A stretch of 64,000 nucleotides of DNA from contig JBDHLD010000014.1 of the NCBI GenBank assembly GCA_039586035.1, positions 1 to 64,000 on the forward strand. Reading direction: 5' to 3'. Shown here in pieces: positions 1 through 10,296 of the stretch. Position numbers and translations under genes: made by a program. The notes beneath the pieces are model-generated. The model saw only the letters and a program-made list of their open reading frames with translations. It was not told the DNA's origin and ran no database searches. Position 1 is the first letter of the stretch. Every line of letters begins with the position of its first letter. Origin of the DNA: Gemmatimonadota bacterium (lineage in GTDB: Bacteria; Gemmatimonadota; Gemmatimonadetes; Longimicrobiales; Gaopeijiaceae).

Positions 1-1215
1 CGAGGCGTGGAAGTGCGGCTCGAGGAGGTGAGCCGGCGCGACCTCGTGGCCACAGTGACGGCCAGCGGCCACGTGCGGGCTCGACGGACCGTGGACATCA
101 GCGCCGACGTGCAGGGCCGCGTGGTGGAGCTCAACGTCGACGAGGGAGACGACGTGCAGGCCGGGGCCATCCTGCTCCGTATCGACCCGACGCAGTATCA
201 GGCCGCGGTTGCCAGGAACGAGGGTGCGCTGAGCCAGGCCCAGGCGCGCGTGCTGGAGCAGGAGGCCAACGTCATTCGGTTCCAGCGTGACTACGACCGC
301 ATCGTGGCATTGAGCCAGCGTGACTCACTGCTCGTGTCGGCCCAGCAAGTTCAGGACGCGGAGACGGCCGTCCAAGTGGCCCGGGCTCAACGGCAATCCC
401 TGGAGTTCGGGGTCGCTCAGGCCCAGGCCGCTCTGACGGAGGCTCGGGAGTTCTTGTCCAAGACGGTTATCCGAGCCCCTATCTCGGGCAAGGTCACGCG
501 CCTCAACATCGAGTCGGGCGAGACCGTCGTCATCGGGACGATGAACAACCCCGGAAGCCTCCTGTTGACGGTTTCCGACCTCTCCGTCGTGGAAGCCGTG
601 ATGGAGGTAGACGAGACGGACGTGTCCCTCATCGCCCCGGGTGACAGCGCGGTGGTGGAGCTCGACGCCTTCCCCGACACGCGGTTCGACGGTCGCGTGA
701 CCGAGATCGGCAACAGCGCCATCCGGCCGCCGTCATCGACGGCGGCCGCCGGACAAGCCCAGGCCGTCGACTTCGAGGTGGTGATCACGATGACCGACCC
801 GCCGGACAACATCCGCCCGGACCTGTCCGCCACCGCCGACGTCATCATCGACACCCGGGAGGACGTTCTGGCGGTGCCCATCATCTCGGTCACCGTCCGG
901 GAGGACGAAGACGGCGGCGGTGCCCCCGTCGACGACGAGGACGAGACCGAGCAACGTCCGGAAGGCCCGGTGGCTCGCAGCCGTCTCGGTAAGCCTACGG
1001 AGGGCGTCTTCGTGGTCACGGAAGGGACGGTGACGTTCGCCGAGGTCGAGATCGGCATCACCGGACAGGAGTACTTCGAGGTGGTAGCGGGCGTGGAAGA
1101 GGGGGACACGGTGGTGGCGGGACCTTACCAGCGGATCCGGAACCTGAGCGACGGAGACGCGGTCAAGGCGGCGGAGTCGGACTCCCGTGGCCGAGCAGAA
1201 GGCCCTCAAGGCTGA
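1..1215 (+). CDS. HlyD-family efflux transporter periplasmic adaptor (membrane fusion protein), 5'-truncated by the window edge
   Basis: The translation (RIDPTQYQAAVARNEGALSQAQARV ... TVIRAPISGKVTRLNIESGETV) matches the coiled-coil, lipoyl and beta-barrel layout of MacA/HlyD adaptors. The N-terminal TM anchor is missing, so the gene starts upstream of the window. Two permease genes follow. Confidence 0.8.
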   Translation, partial: RGVEVRLEEVSRRDLVATVTASGHVRARRTVDISADVQGRVVELNVDEGDDVQAGAILLRIDPTQYQAAVARNEGALSQAQARVLEQEANVIRFQRDYDRIVALSQRDSLLVSAQQVQDAETAVQVARAQRQSLEFGVAQAQAALTEAREFLSKTVIRAPISGKVTRLNIESGETVVIGTMNNPGSLLLTVSDLSVVEAVMEVDETDVSLIAPGDSAVVELDAFPDTRFDGRVTEIGNSAIRPPSSTAAAGQAQAVDFEVVITMTDPPDNIRPDLSATADVIIDTREDVLAVPIISVTVREDEDGGGAPVDDEDETEQRPEGPVARSRLGKPTEGVFVVTEGTVTFAEVEIGITGQEYFEVVAGVEEGDTVVAGPYQRIRNLSDGDAVKAAESDSRGRAEGPQG

Positions 1216-1235
1216 TGGCACGAGAGGCCTGAGCG

Positions 1236-2474
1236 ATGCACGTCTGGGAGGGGATCCGGCTGGCCTTCGGTCAGATCCACAGCCAGAAGCTGAAGAGCTT
1301 CTTCAGCGTTCTGGGCGTGGTGATCGGGGTCATGTTCCTCATCGTCGTGGTGAGCGTCGTCGAGGGCCTCGACCAGTACATCAAGGAGGACTTCAGTGAA
1401 CAGGTTTTCGGCCTCAACACCGTGACCCTCCGCCGCACCGACATCCAGATCAACACGAGCGACGAGCAGCGGCGGGCGTGGGCCCGCCGGCCGCCGGTGG
1501 AGTTCGAGGACGCCCAATACCTTCGAGAGCGCCTGACCCTACCCGTGAGAGTCGGCGTCCTGAATGATCGCGGCGGGGAGATCGAGGGACCGGGGGGACG
1601 GAGCGTGGAGAACGTGATCCTGATCGCGGCCACGCCCGAGGTCTTCGAGATCCGGGACCTGGACGTCGAGTTCGGGCGACCTTTTTCGCCGGAGGAATCC
1701 GAGCAGGGCATCCCCGTGGCCGTGCTGGGCACCGAGACCGTAGAGGTGCTCTTTCCCGACTCCGACCCCCTGGGCCAGCGTGTTCAGGTTCGAGGCTTCC
1801 CGTACCGGGTCATCGGCGTTCTCGAGGAGCAGGGCTCCATCCTGGGCCAGTCCCTGGACAACGTGGCCGTCATGCCCATCCACTCCCCGATCCGGCGGTA
1901 CATGACCCGTGGCAACGTGGTCGAGGACGTGCTCATCCAGACCGACGACCCGAGTCTGATGGAGGCGGTGGCCATGGAGGCCGAGGGGATCATGCGGGTC
2001 AGGCGCCGGCTGCGACCGGCCGAGGAGAACAACTTCGCCCTGGTCACCGCCGACGCCTCGCTCTCGTTCTGGGACCGGATATCACGCATTCTCTTCCTGG
2101 CGCTCCCCGGCCTGGTCTCCATCTCGTTGGTCGTCGGTGGCATCGTGATCATGAACATCATGCTGGTTTCGGTCATGGAGCGGACGCGGGAGATCGGCGT
2201 GCGCAAGGCCATCGGAGCCAGGCAGCGTGACATCCTGATCCAGGTGCTCATCGAGTCGGCCACCCTCTCGGGCTTCGGCGCCCTGCTGGGCGTGGCCGTC
2301 GGAATCGGCTTGACCATACTGGTGGGCGCGGTCTCGCCGCTGCCGGCGGCCGTGGCGCCGCGATGGATCGCCGCCGGCGTCGCGCTCGGCGTCACGGTGG
2401 GCGTGGTGGCCGGGGTCTATCCGGCGGCTCGGGCGGCTCGCCTCGATCCCGTTGACGCGCTCCGCTATGAGTGA
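1236..2474 (+). CDS. ABC transporter permease, FtsX/MacB-like (permease domain only)
   Basis: It has an N-terminal TM helix, a large periplasmic domain and a C-terminal FtsX-type 3-TM bundle (ERTREIGVRKAIGARQRDILIQVLIES). It is one of two tandem permeases downstream of the adaptor gene. Confidence 0.8.
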   Translation: MHVWEGIRLAFGQIHSQKLKSFFSVLGVVIGVMFLIVVVSVVEGLDQYIKEDFSEQVFGLNTVTLRRTDIQINTSDEQRRAWARRPPVEFEDAQYLRERLTLPVRVGVLNDRGGEIEGPGGRSVENVILIAATPEVFEIRDLDVEFGRPFSPEESEQGIPVAVLGTETVEVLFPDSDPLGQRVQVRGFPYRVIGVLEEQGSILGQSLDNVAVMPIHSPIRRYMTRGNVVEDVLIQTDDPSLMEAVAMEAEGIMRVRRRLRPAEENNFALVTADASLSFWDRISRILFLALPGLVSISLVVGGIVIMNIMLVSVMERTREIGVRKAIGARQRDILIQVLIESATLSGFGALLGVAVGIGLTILVGAVSPLPAAVAPRWIAAGVALGVTVGVVAGVYPAARAARLDPVDALRYE

Positions 2475-2594
2475 CGCTCGCCGCCGCCTGCCCGACGCCC
2501 TCCCGGGGTCCGGCCCGTCGACTTCGCGAGAGCGCCCCGGCGGACCCGCGTCCGGCGGCGGTCCCATCGGCCTTGCCCACGAGGGGGTGGTCCG

Positions 2595-3866
<1,272 letters not shown>

Positions 3867-3873
3867 ACGACCC

Positions 3874-4596
3874 TTGAGTGAACCCCTGGACATCCTGGCC
3901 ATCATGGCCCACCCGGACGACGCGGAGCTGCTGTGTGGCGGCGCGCTGGCGAAGAGCGCCGATACGGGAGAGCGGACCGGAATCATCGACCTGACGCGGG
4001 GCGAGGCCGGGACGCTCGGTACGCCCGAGCAGCGCTCCCAGGAGGCCGCGCGTGCGGCCGAGATCCTGGGACTGGCGGTCCGGCGCAACGCAGGCCTGCC
4101 GGATACGCGACTGGCCAGCACGCACGAGGCTCGCCGCACCGTGGCCACGTTGATCCGGGAGCTCCGTCCTCGGATCGTCGTGACGCACTACCTGAGCGGT
4201 CGCCACCCGGATCACCGGAGAGCCGCCGAGCTCGTTTACGACGCCTGCTTCCTGTCCGGCCTCAAGGGCTTCGACGCGCCCGGGCAGGCGCACCGGCCGG
4301 ACAAGGTCATCCACGCCATGACCTTCCGGGAGGATGCGGTCAAGCCCACGTTCGTGGTGAATGTGACCGATCAGCTCGAGCGCAAGCTCGAGGCGGTCGC
4401 CTGCTTCGTCTCCCAGTTCGGTGGGGCCGTGCAGGCCGGCGAGGTGTTTCCCGGCGGGCGACCGCTGGACGAGCAGATCCGCGCCCAGTCGGCGGCGTAC
4501 GGGTCGCTCATCAGGGTCCCGTACGGGGAGCCGTTCTGGACCCGCGAGACGGTGTCGGCCGATACGCTGGGGAGCCTTCGGGTTTCCACGTACTGA
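3874..4596 (+). CDS. bshB1: PIG-L/LmbE-family N-acetylglucosaminyl deacetylase, bacillithiol-biosynthesis BshB1-like
   Basis: LmbE zinc-binding motif AHPDDAE near the N-terminus. Strong resemblance to BshB1 (IIDLTRGEAGTLGT, HYLSGRHPDHRRAAE). Length 240 aa. Confidence 0.65.
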   Translation: MSEPLDILAIMAHPDDAELLCGGALAKSADTGERTGIIDLTRGEAGTLGTPEQRSQEAARAAEILGLAVRRNAGLPDTRLASTHEARRTVATLIRELRPRIVVTHYLSGRHPDHRRAAELVYDACFLSGLKGFDAPGQAHRPDKVIHAMTFREDAVKPTFVVNVTDQLERKLEAVACFVSQFGGAVQAGEVFPGGRPLDEQIRAQSAAYGSLIRVPYGEPFWTRETVSADTLGSLRVSTY

Positions 4597-4679
4597 CGGG
4601 CTGCCACCGGCGGCGCCTGGACCGCTGAACGACCCGCGCCACGGAGGCGCGGGGCAGGCATGGACGAGCCGCCGCCCGA

Positions 4680-5018
4680 TCAGCCTCCGCAGTCCACCTC
4701 CACCAGGACCCGTCGCCAGCTGGGCACGTCCGCGCCTCCTACCTTCAGCATCCGGGCCCTCGCGCCGCCGCCACCCCGCATCCACGGCGCCAGCCATGCT
4801 CCGATCTCGGGCGGAAGGTGTCCGATGGGATCGCCGGACTGGAGATGCACCCAGACGTCGGGATCGTCCTGGCCGGGGGGGTCGGGGATCAGTACGAGGG
4901 GATCGCCCGCCGCGAGGCCGGGCAGGTGACGCTCGCGGTCCGCGAAGACGGTTCCGTGGACGGTTGCGCGGAACCGCCGAGGCCGGCCCTCGGGGAACGG
5001 GGGGGCCCGAAGGTTCAC
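4680..5018 (-). CDS. Stand-alone HIRAN-domain protein (112 aa)
   Basis: Pattern G..F..R...L..L..GDPL.L..DP.N..DP.A..V....G..IGHLP.E.A..LAP......A.V..V.G, typical of HIRAN 3'-DNA-end-binding domains. It is the only plausible ORF between bshB1-like and iscS; the plus-strand ORFs here are out-of-frame shadows. Confidence 0.55.
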   Translation of the reverse strand: MNLRAPPFPEGRPRRFRATVHGTVFADRERHLPGLAAGDPLVLIPDPPGQDDPDVWVHLQSGDPIGHLPPEIGAWLAPWMRGGGGARARMLKVGGADVPSWRRVLVEVDCGG

Positions 5019-5134
5019 GGGGTCTTCCCGGGTCGGTTCCAGGTCTGGTGCATCGTCGGTAACTTACCGAAGGCGGCCTTCCGTGCAATGGCGGGCACCA
5101 CCCGACCTGCTTCCCTCGAGCCGCGACCCGACGT

Positions 5135-6298
5135 ATGGACGCCATCTACCTGGATCACGCAGCCACCACTCCCCTCCGACCCGAGGTCCGTGACGCCATG
5201 GACCCGTGGATGGGGCAGGCCTTCGGCAACCCCTCGAGCGCCCACCGATTCGGCCGGAGGGCAGCCACGGCGCTGGCGGAGGCTCGGGAGCGCATCGCGG
5301 CCGCGCTGGGGGCCCACCCTGGCGAAGTCTATTTCGTGCGAGGTGGCACGGAATCTGACAACATGGCGGTGCGTGGCCGGGCCGCCGTCGCGCGCGGTCG
5401 GGGCGAGCGGCCCCGCGTCGCCGCGAGCACCGTGGAGCACTCCGCGGTGCTGGAGTCCCTGGACCGCGTGGAGGCCGAGGGCGGGCTCGCCCACCGGATT
5501 CCGGTAGCTCCGACCGGCGCCCTCGACGAGGACGTCCTGGACGAGGTGTTGTCGCTCCGCCCGGATGTCCTTTCGGTCATGTGGGTGAACAACGAGGTGG
5601 GGTTGGTCCTGCCGGTCCCCGAGATCGCCGCCCGGGCCCGTCAGGCCGACGTCACCCTGCACACCGACGCCGTACAGGCCCTGGGCAAGATCCCCGTGCG
5701 GGTGGATCAGACCCCGGTGGACCTGCTCACCGTGACCGGCCACAAGATCTACGGGCCCGGCGGCGCCGGCATCCTGTTCGTCCGTGAGGGAACCGAGCTG
5801 GTACCTGGCCTGGTGGGCGGAGGACAGGAGCGCGGGTTGCGCCCGGGCACCGAGGACGTGGCCGGGGCGGTGGGGCTTGCGGAGGCCATCACCCTGGCCG
5901 TTGAAGAGCAGCCCCGGGAGTCTCTGCGCCTGGCGGCGCTTCGTGACGGCCTCGAGTCGCTCCTGCTGGAGCGCTTCGGCGATCTCACCGTCCATGGCGG
6001 CGAGGGAGCCCGCGCGCCGCACGTGGCCAACCTGGGCATCCCCGGCGTGGACGCCACGGCCCTGGTACAGGCGCTGGACATGGAAGGCGTGGCGGTCTCG
6101 AGCGGCTCCGCATGCCACAGCGGCGCCGCGAAGGCCAGCCACGTGCTGACGGCGCTGTATGGTCCCGGCGCCAGCCAGGCCTCGGTCCGCTTCAGCCTCG
6201 GTCACCTCTCCGACGACGACCGTATGCGTCGTGCGGCGGGCGTGGCTTCCGAGGTTATCGAACGGCTACGCGAGCTCGCAGGGAGCATTTCGGGGTGA
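5135..6298 (+). CDS. iscS: Cysteine desulfurase (IscS/NifS family, PLP-dependent)
   Basis: Has the class-V aminotransferase fold, the PLP lysine motif (TVTGHKIYGPGGAGILFV) and an active-site Cys loop (SSGSACHSG). It lies directly upstream of mnmA. Confidence 0.9.
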   Translation: MDAIYLDHAATTPLRPEVRDAMDPWMGQAFGNPSSAHRFGRRAATALAEARERIAAALGAHPGEVYFVRGGTESDNMAVRGRAAVARGRGERPRVAASTVEHSAVLESLDRVEAEGGLAHRIPVAPTGALDEDVLDEVLSLRPDVLSVMWVNNEVGLVLPVPEIAARARQADVTLHTDAVQALGKIPVRVDQTPVDLLTVTGHKIYGPGGAGILFVREGTELVPGLVGGGQERGLRPGTEDVAGAVGLAEAITLAVEEQPRESLRLAALRDGLESLLLERFGDLTVHGGEGARAPHVANLGIPGVDATALVQALDMEGVAVSSGSACHSGAAKASHVLTALYGPGASQASVRFSLGHLSDDDRMRRAAGVASEVIERLRELAGSISG

Positions 6299-7398
6299 GC
6301 CAACCCCGACACCGGCGGGTGCTGGTGGCCATGTCGGGCGGCGTCGATTCGTCGGTGGCGGCCGCACTGCTCGTCGAGCAGGGGCACGAGGTGGTGGGCG
6401 CCACCATGAAGACCTTCTGCTACAGCGGCACGACGGGTGCCTCGAAGACGTGCTGTGGCCTGGACGGCATCGCCGACGCCCGCCGCGTGACGCATCACCT
6501 GGGCATCCCCCACTACGTGTACGACGTGGAGGAGGAGTTCACCCGCGACGTGATCGACGACTTCGTGGCGGAGTACGCGCGCGGCCGTACACCGAATCCC
6601 TGCGTCCGGTGCAACTCCAACACCAAGTTCCGAGATCTCCTTGCACGGGGCCGGCTCCTCGGATGCGACGCCGTGGCGTCGGGTCACTACGTCCGAGTCC
6701 GGCACGAGGCCCACTCGTCCGCGCTGCTCAGGGGAGTCGATCGCTCGAAGGACCAGTCGTACTTCCTCTGGGGCCTCCCGCGGGAGATGGTCCCACGCCT
6801 GGAGTTTCCCCTTGGTGAGCTGACCAAGACCGAGGTCCGGGCGCGGGCCCGAGAGCTGGGCCTGGTGACGGCCGACAAGCCCGAGTCCCAGGAGATCTGC
6901 TTCGTGCCGACTGGACACTACAAGGGCTTCCTGGAGAAGCGGCTGCCCGTCGCCCACCCGTCTCTCCAGCCGGGCCCCATCGTGACCCGCGAGGGCGAAG
7001 TCCTGGGTGAGCACCGCGGCTACGCGGGTTTCACCGTGGGACAGCGGAAGGGGCTGGGCGGCGGCTTCCCCGAGGCCCTCTACGTCCTCGAGATCTGGCC
7101 GGAGGCCAGGGCCGTGGTCGTGGGTCCCCTGGCGGAGTTGGGTAGCCTCGGCATGGAGGTCGGAGAGTTGAACTGGCTCGCCGCCCCGCCGGCGTCGGGC
7201 AGTCGGGTGCACGTCCAACCCAGGTATCGGGCTGCCGCGGTGCCCGCGACCGTGGTGGAGGCCGGTGAGCTCCTGACGTTGACCTTCCAGCAGGCGCAGC
7301 GGGCCATCACTCCCGGCCAATCGGCGGTGATCTTCGACGGGGAGCGCGTGCTCGGGGGCGGCCGGATCCGACACGCCCTGCGCGGCGCCGCCGTCTGA
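6295..7398 (+). CDS. mnmA: tRNA-specific 2-thiouridylase MnmA
   Basis: PP-loop SGGVDSS plus conserved MnmA cysteines. The track ORF from 6112 is over-extended. An in-frame GTG at 6295 overlaps the iscS TGA (GTGA) and gives the canonical N-terminus xxRVLVAMSGGVDSS. Confidence 0.9.
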   Translation: MSQPRHRRVLVAMSGGVDSSVAAALLVEQGHEVVGATMKTFCYSGTTGASKTCCGLDGIADARRVTHHLGIPHYVYDVEEEFTRDVIDDFVAEYARGRTPNPCVRCNSNTKFRDLLARGRLLGCDAVASGHYVRVRHEAHSSALLRGVDRSKDQSYFLWGLPREMVPRLEFPLGELTKTEVRARARELGLVTADKPESQEICFVPTGHYKGFLEKRLPVAHPSLQPGPIVTREGEVLGEHRGYAGFTVGQRKGLGGGFPEALYVLEIWPEARAVVVGPLAELGSLGMEVGELNWLAAPPASGSRVHVQPRYRAAAVPATVVEAGELLTLTFQQAQRAITPGQSAVIFDGERVLGGGRIRHALRGAAV

Positions 7399-7531
7399 AC
7401 CCACGACGGTCCTCGCGTTCGCGCCTCGCTGCCTGCGGGGGCGGACCCGCGCTTCGCCGGGGCGGCTTACCGGGTTCTCGAAGCGGAGGACCCAGGCCGC
7501 CAGGACCAGCGATCCGGCCGCCCCGCCAGGC

Positions 7532-8659
7532 TCAGTGCTTCAGACCCGCCGCCTCGGCGAACTCCTCCATGGCCTTCTGCTCGTCGTCGGAGATCGTTTC
7601 GGGCACTTCGACCCGGACCTCCACGTACTGGTCGCCCCTCCGGTCGCCTTTTTCGATGCCCTGTCCCCTCAGCCTGAACTTGGTGCCGGCTTGGGTGCCG
7701 GACGGGATCCTCAGAACGACCTTCTTCCCGCTGACCGTGCGAACGCGGATCTTGGACCCCAGCGTGGCCTGGACGATGTTGATGGGCACGGTCACGTGGA
7801 TGTCCAACCCCTCCCGCCGGAAGAACCGGTGGGACCCCACCTTGAAGTTGATGATCAGGTCGCCCGGCGCACCTCCGCCCCGGCCACGCTCGCCCTGACC
7901 GGACAGGCGAAGGCGACTGCCCGTCTCGACACCGGTCGGCACTGCCACCTGGATCTTGCGGGTCTGTCTGACGTTGCCGCTGCCCGAACAGGACGGGCAG
8001 GCGGTCTCCGGGATCTTCCCGCGTCCGAAGCAGGCGGGACACGGCCTCGTGACGGCGAAGCCGCCCTGACCGAAGGTGACGCTGCCGGACCCCTTGCACT
8101 CCCCGCATGTCCGGGTCTTGGTCCCGGGGGCGGCACCGGACCCGCTGCACGTCGTGCACTCTTCGGTGATGGGCACGCTGATCGAGATCTTGCCGCCCCG
8201 CACGGCGGTCTCGAAGGAGATCTCGACCACGTATTCGACGTTCTCGCCCTTCTCGGGTCCTTCCTTCTTGGGTTTGGCCCCCTTCTTCCCGAGATCGAAG
8301 ATCGAGCTGAAGATGTCCGAGATGCCGCCGAACCCCGACAGGTCGTCGAACGAGAATCCACCCCCTGCGCCACCGGGGCTGGGTCTGCCCGTGCTGTAGC
8401 CCCCGGGCGTGGCTCCTCGGCCGAACCCGAAGGCCCCCAACTTCCGCATCTGATCGTACTGCTTGCGCTTGGCCGGATCCGACAGCACGGTGTAGGCCTC
8501 ACCGATCTCCTTGAAGCGCTCCGCTGCCTTTGGACTGTCGGGATTGGCATCGGGGTGGTACCGCTTCGCCAGCTTGCGGTATTCCTTCTTGATCTCGTCC
8601 TGTGACGCCTTCTCCTCGACGCCCAGAACCTTGTAGAAGTCCTTCGTACCGGTAGCCAC
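7532..8659 (-). CDS. dnaJ: Molecular chaperone DnaJ
   Basis: J-domain with HPD (KDFYKVLGV...YHPDANPD), a G/F-rich region, four CxxCxGxG zinc-finger repeats and the C-terminal substrate-binding domain. Confidence 0.95.
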   Translation of the reverse strand: MATGTKDFYKVLGVEEKASQDEIKKEYRKLAKRYHPDANPDSPKAAERFKEIGEAYTVLSDPAKRKQYDQMRKLGAFGFGRGATPGGYSTGRPSPGGAGGGFSFDDLSGFGGISDIFSSIFDLGKKGAKPKKEGPEKGENVEYVVEISFETAVRGGKISISVPITEECTTCSGSGAAPGTKTRTCGECKGSGSVTFGQGGFAVTRPCPACFGRGKIPETACPSCSGSGNVRQTRKIQVAVPTGVETGSRLRLSGQGERGRGGGAPGDLIINFKVGSHRFFRREGLDIHVTVPINIVQATLGSKIRVRTVSGKKVVLRIPSGTQAGTKFRLRGQGIEKGDRRGDQYVEVRVEVPETISDDEQKAMEEFAEAAGLKH

Positions 8660-8671
8660 GGCTGCCGCGAC

Positions 8672-9346
8672 CTAGTCGTCGTGCTTGAGGACGCTCACCC
8701 GGGCGGGACGAACCAGGTGCCCCTTGAGCGAATAGCCCTTGAGGAATACCTGGTGCACCCGGTCGTCGTCTTCGGGCAATTCGGCTGGGACCCGCATCAT
8801 CGCCTCCATGATGTTGGGGTCGAACGACTCCCCCACCGGGTCGATCTCCTTGAGGCCGGCTTCCTCGAGGGCTCGCATGACCTTCCGCTCTACGAGGTCG
8901 ATCCCCTCCATGATGTTCTCGACGGTCGCGTTCGACAGATCGAGGGCAGATACCCGCTTGATGTCGTCGATGGGGTCCAACAGGCGCCGGACCAGGTCGG
9001 CCTGGGCTCGCACCCACGACTCCGTCAGCTCGCCCTGGGCTCGCCTGCGATAGTTGTCGAACTCTGCGCGCAACCGCAGATGACGGTCGTGCAGGTCCGC
9101 CATCTCGGCCTGGACGCGCTCGGCCTCGCTCCTGAGCTCCGCTTCCGCCTCCTGCTCCTCGGCGAGCTCCGGCGTGTCCGAAGCGAGGGGTGGGTCCGCC
9201 TCTTCGGCCACGGACTCCGGGTCCGGCCGGTCCTCGGCGGCGGCCCGGCCGTCGGCCGGCGCATCGGCCGAGGCGGTGAGGGAATCGACCTCTTCCAGTA
9301 CGTCTTCAGCCCCAGTGAGCGTTTGATCGTTCTCAGGTCTAGTCAT
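8672..9346 (-). CDS. grpE: Nucleotide exchange factor GrpE
   Basis: C-terminal GrpE domain (FDPNIMEAMMRVP...LKGYSLKGHLVRPARV). The track start at 9424 is a TTG. The first ATG at 9346 (MTRPEN...) leaves room for an upstream terminator hairpin, so the shorter form is preferred. It lies immediately upstream of dnaJ. Confidence 0.85.
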   Translation of the reverse strand: MTRPENDQTLTGAEDVLEEVDSLTASADAPADGRAAAEDRPDPESVAEEADPPLASDTPELAEEQEAEAELRSEAERVQAEMADLHDRHLRLRAEFDNYRRRAQGELTESWVRAQADLVRRLLDPIDDIKRVSALDLSNATVENIMEGIDLVERKVMRALEEAGLKEIDPVGESFDPNIMEAMMRVPAELPEDDDRVHQVFLKGYSLKGHLVRPARVSVLKHDD

Positions 9347-9390
9347 CAGTCGTCCATGAATCGTCGGCTGCTCGGGTGCCCTCCAACATC

Positions 9391-9416
9391 GAGACAAAAG
9401 GGCTCCGTGGAGCCCG
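9391..9416 (-). terminator. Intrinsic-terminator-like hairpin downstream of the alpha/beta hydrolase gene
   Basis: On the minus strand: GGGCUCC-ACG-GAGCCC followed by UUUUGUCUCG. It sits between the hydrolase stop (9449) and the preferred grpE start (9346). Confidence 0.45.
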
Positions 9417-9448
9417 GGCTGCAATACCCACCCGGGCTAGCGGTGTTC

Positions 9449-10261
9449 TCATGCCATGCGCGCCACGAGCCAGGAGCACAGGCGAGCGATGACCTCTGCT
9501 CGGCCCGTATCGTTGAACGGCTCGTGGAAGAAGCCGGGTAGCTCGACGATGGTGGTCCGCCCGGACGGCATTGCCGTGGCCAGCCCGAGCGTCGCCGACG
9601 CGTCGGCGAGACGGTCCGCCCCCGGTACGAAGAACAGCGCTGGAACCTTCAGCCGATCCCGGCCGTGCAGGACCCACCGCTGCCAGCGCTCCACTTCGGT
9701 GTACAGCCTCGGTGTGATCACGGTATGCACCAGGGGATCGGCTTCCCACGCCGCGATCATCTCCGGGTCCCGGGTGCAGACCTCCGGCACGCCCCCGGTA
9801 TCCATGGGGACCCGGGGTAAAACCCGCGCCGCGATCCGGCCCACGGTGACCTTCCACCAGGGCACGCGCGCAGCCGTGGCGAGCCACGGGGCGGAGGCGA
9901 CCAACCCCTTCAGCCCCGGCTGACGGCTCGCGGTCCACGCGAGGCTCACGAGGCCGCCCAGGGAGTGCCCGATGAGGAAGGAGGGCGCCCGGCCCAATGC
10001 CCCCTCGGCCTCCGACCAAGCCAGATCGAGATCCTCCAGAAGCGCCTCGAAGCTGTCAGCATGGCCCCGGTTGCCCCCCGATAGTCCGTGTCCCCTCTGA
10101 TCGAACGAGAACACGCTGATCCCCGCCGCGTTGAGCGCGTTCGCGACGTGCTCGTACCGGGCCGCGTGCTCTCCCAGGCCATGGACCACCACGGCGGCGT
10201 CCCCCGGCTCCGCCGCCGTCCACCAGAGGGTTCTGAGCGACACGCCACCGCTCCCCGCCAT
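9449..10261 (-). CDS. Alpha/beta-fold hydrolase (lysophospholipase / monoacylglycerol-lipase-like)
   Basis: HG oxyanion motif (VVVHGLGEH), nucleophile elbow GHSLGG, 270 aa. The track ORF (556 aa) is an upstream read-through; the true start is an ATG at 10261 (MAGSGGVSLRTLWW). Confidence 0.8.
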   Translation of the reverse strand: MAGSGGVSLRTLWWTAAEPGDAAVVVHGLGEHAARYEHVANALNAAGISVFSFDQRGHGLSGGNRGHADSFEALLEDLDLAWSEAEGALGRAPSFLIGHSLGGLVSLAWTASRQPGLKGLVASAPWLATAARVPWWKVTVGRIAARVLPRVPMDTGGVPEVCTRDPEMIAAWEADPLVHTVITPRLYTEVERWQRWVLHGRDRLKVPALFFVPGADRLADASATLGLATAMPSGRTTIVELPGFFHEPFNDTGRAEVIARLCSWLVARMA

Positions 10262-10296
10262 TCGGCCTTCGCCGTGGACGCTCGTGCCCCGGGCCG

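Noticed and set aside
7535-8605. 356-aa plus-strand ORF antisense to dnaJ. Similar long antisense ORFs occur at 22697..24229 opposite smc, 32986..35106 opposite hppA, 43990..46203 opposite hflX/rarA, 54409..56016 opposite the oxidoreductase, and 59109..60551 opposite the secreted-protein gene.
   Set aside because: They are typical high-GC shadow ORFs. Their translations are Arg/Gly/Pro/Asp-rich low-complexity strings with no domain signatures. The opposite strand carries strongly recognisable conserved proteins.
9347-9448. CIRCE (HrcA) element upstream of grpE.
   Set aside because: No TTAGCACTC-N9-GAGTGCTAA-like inverted repeat is present. The only palindrome here is better explained as the terminator of the upstream hydrolase gene.
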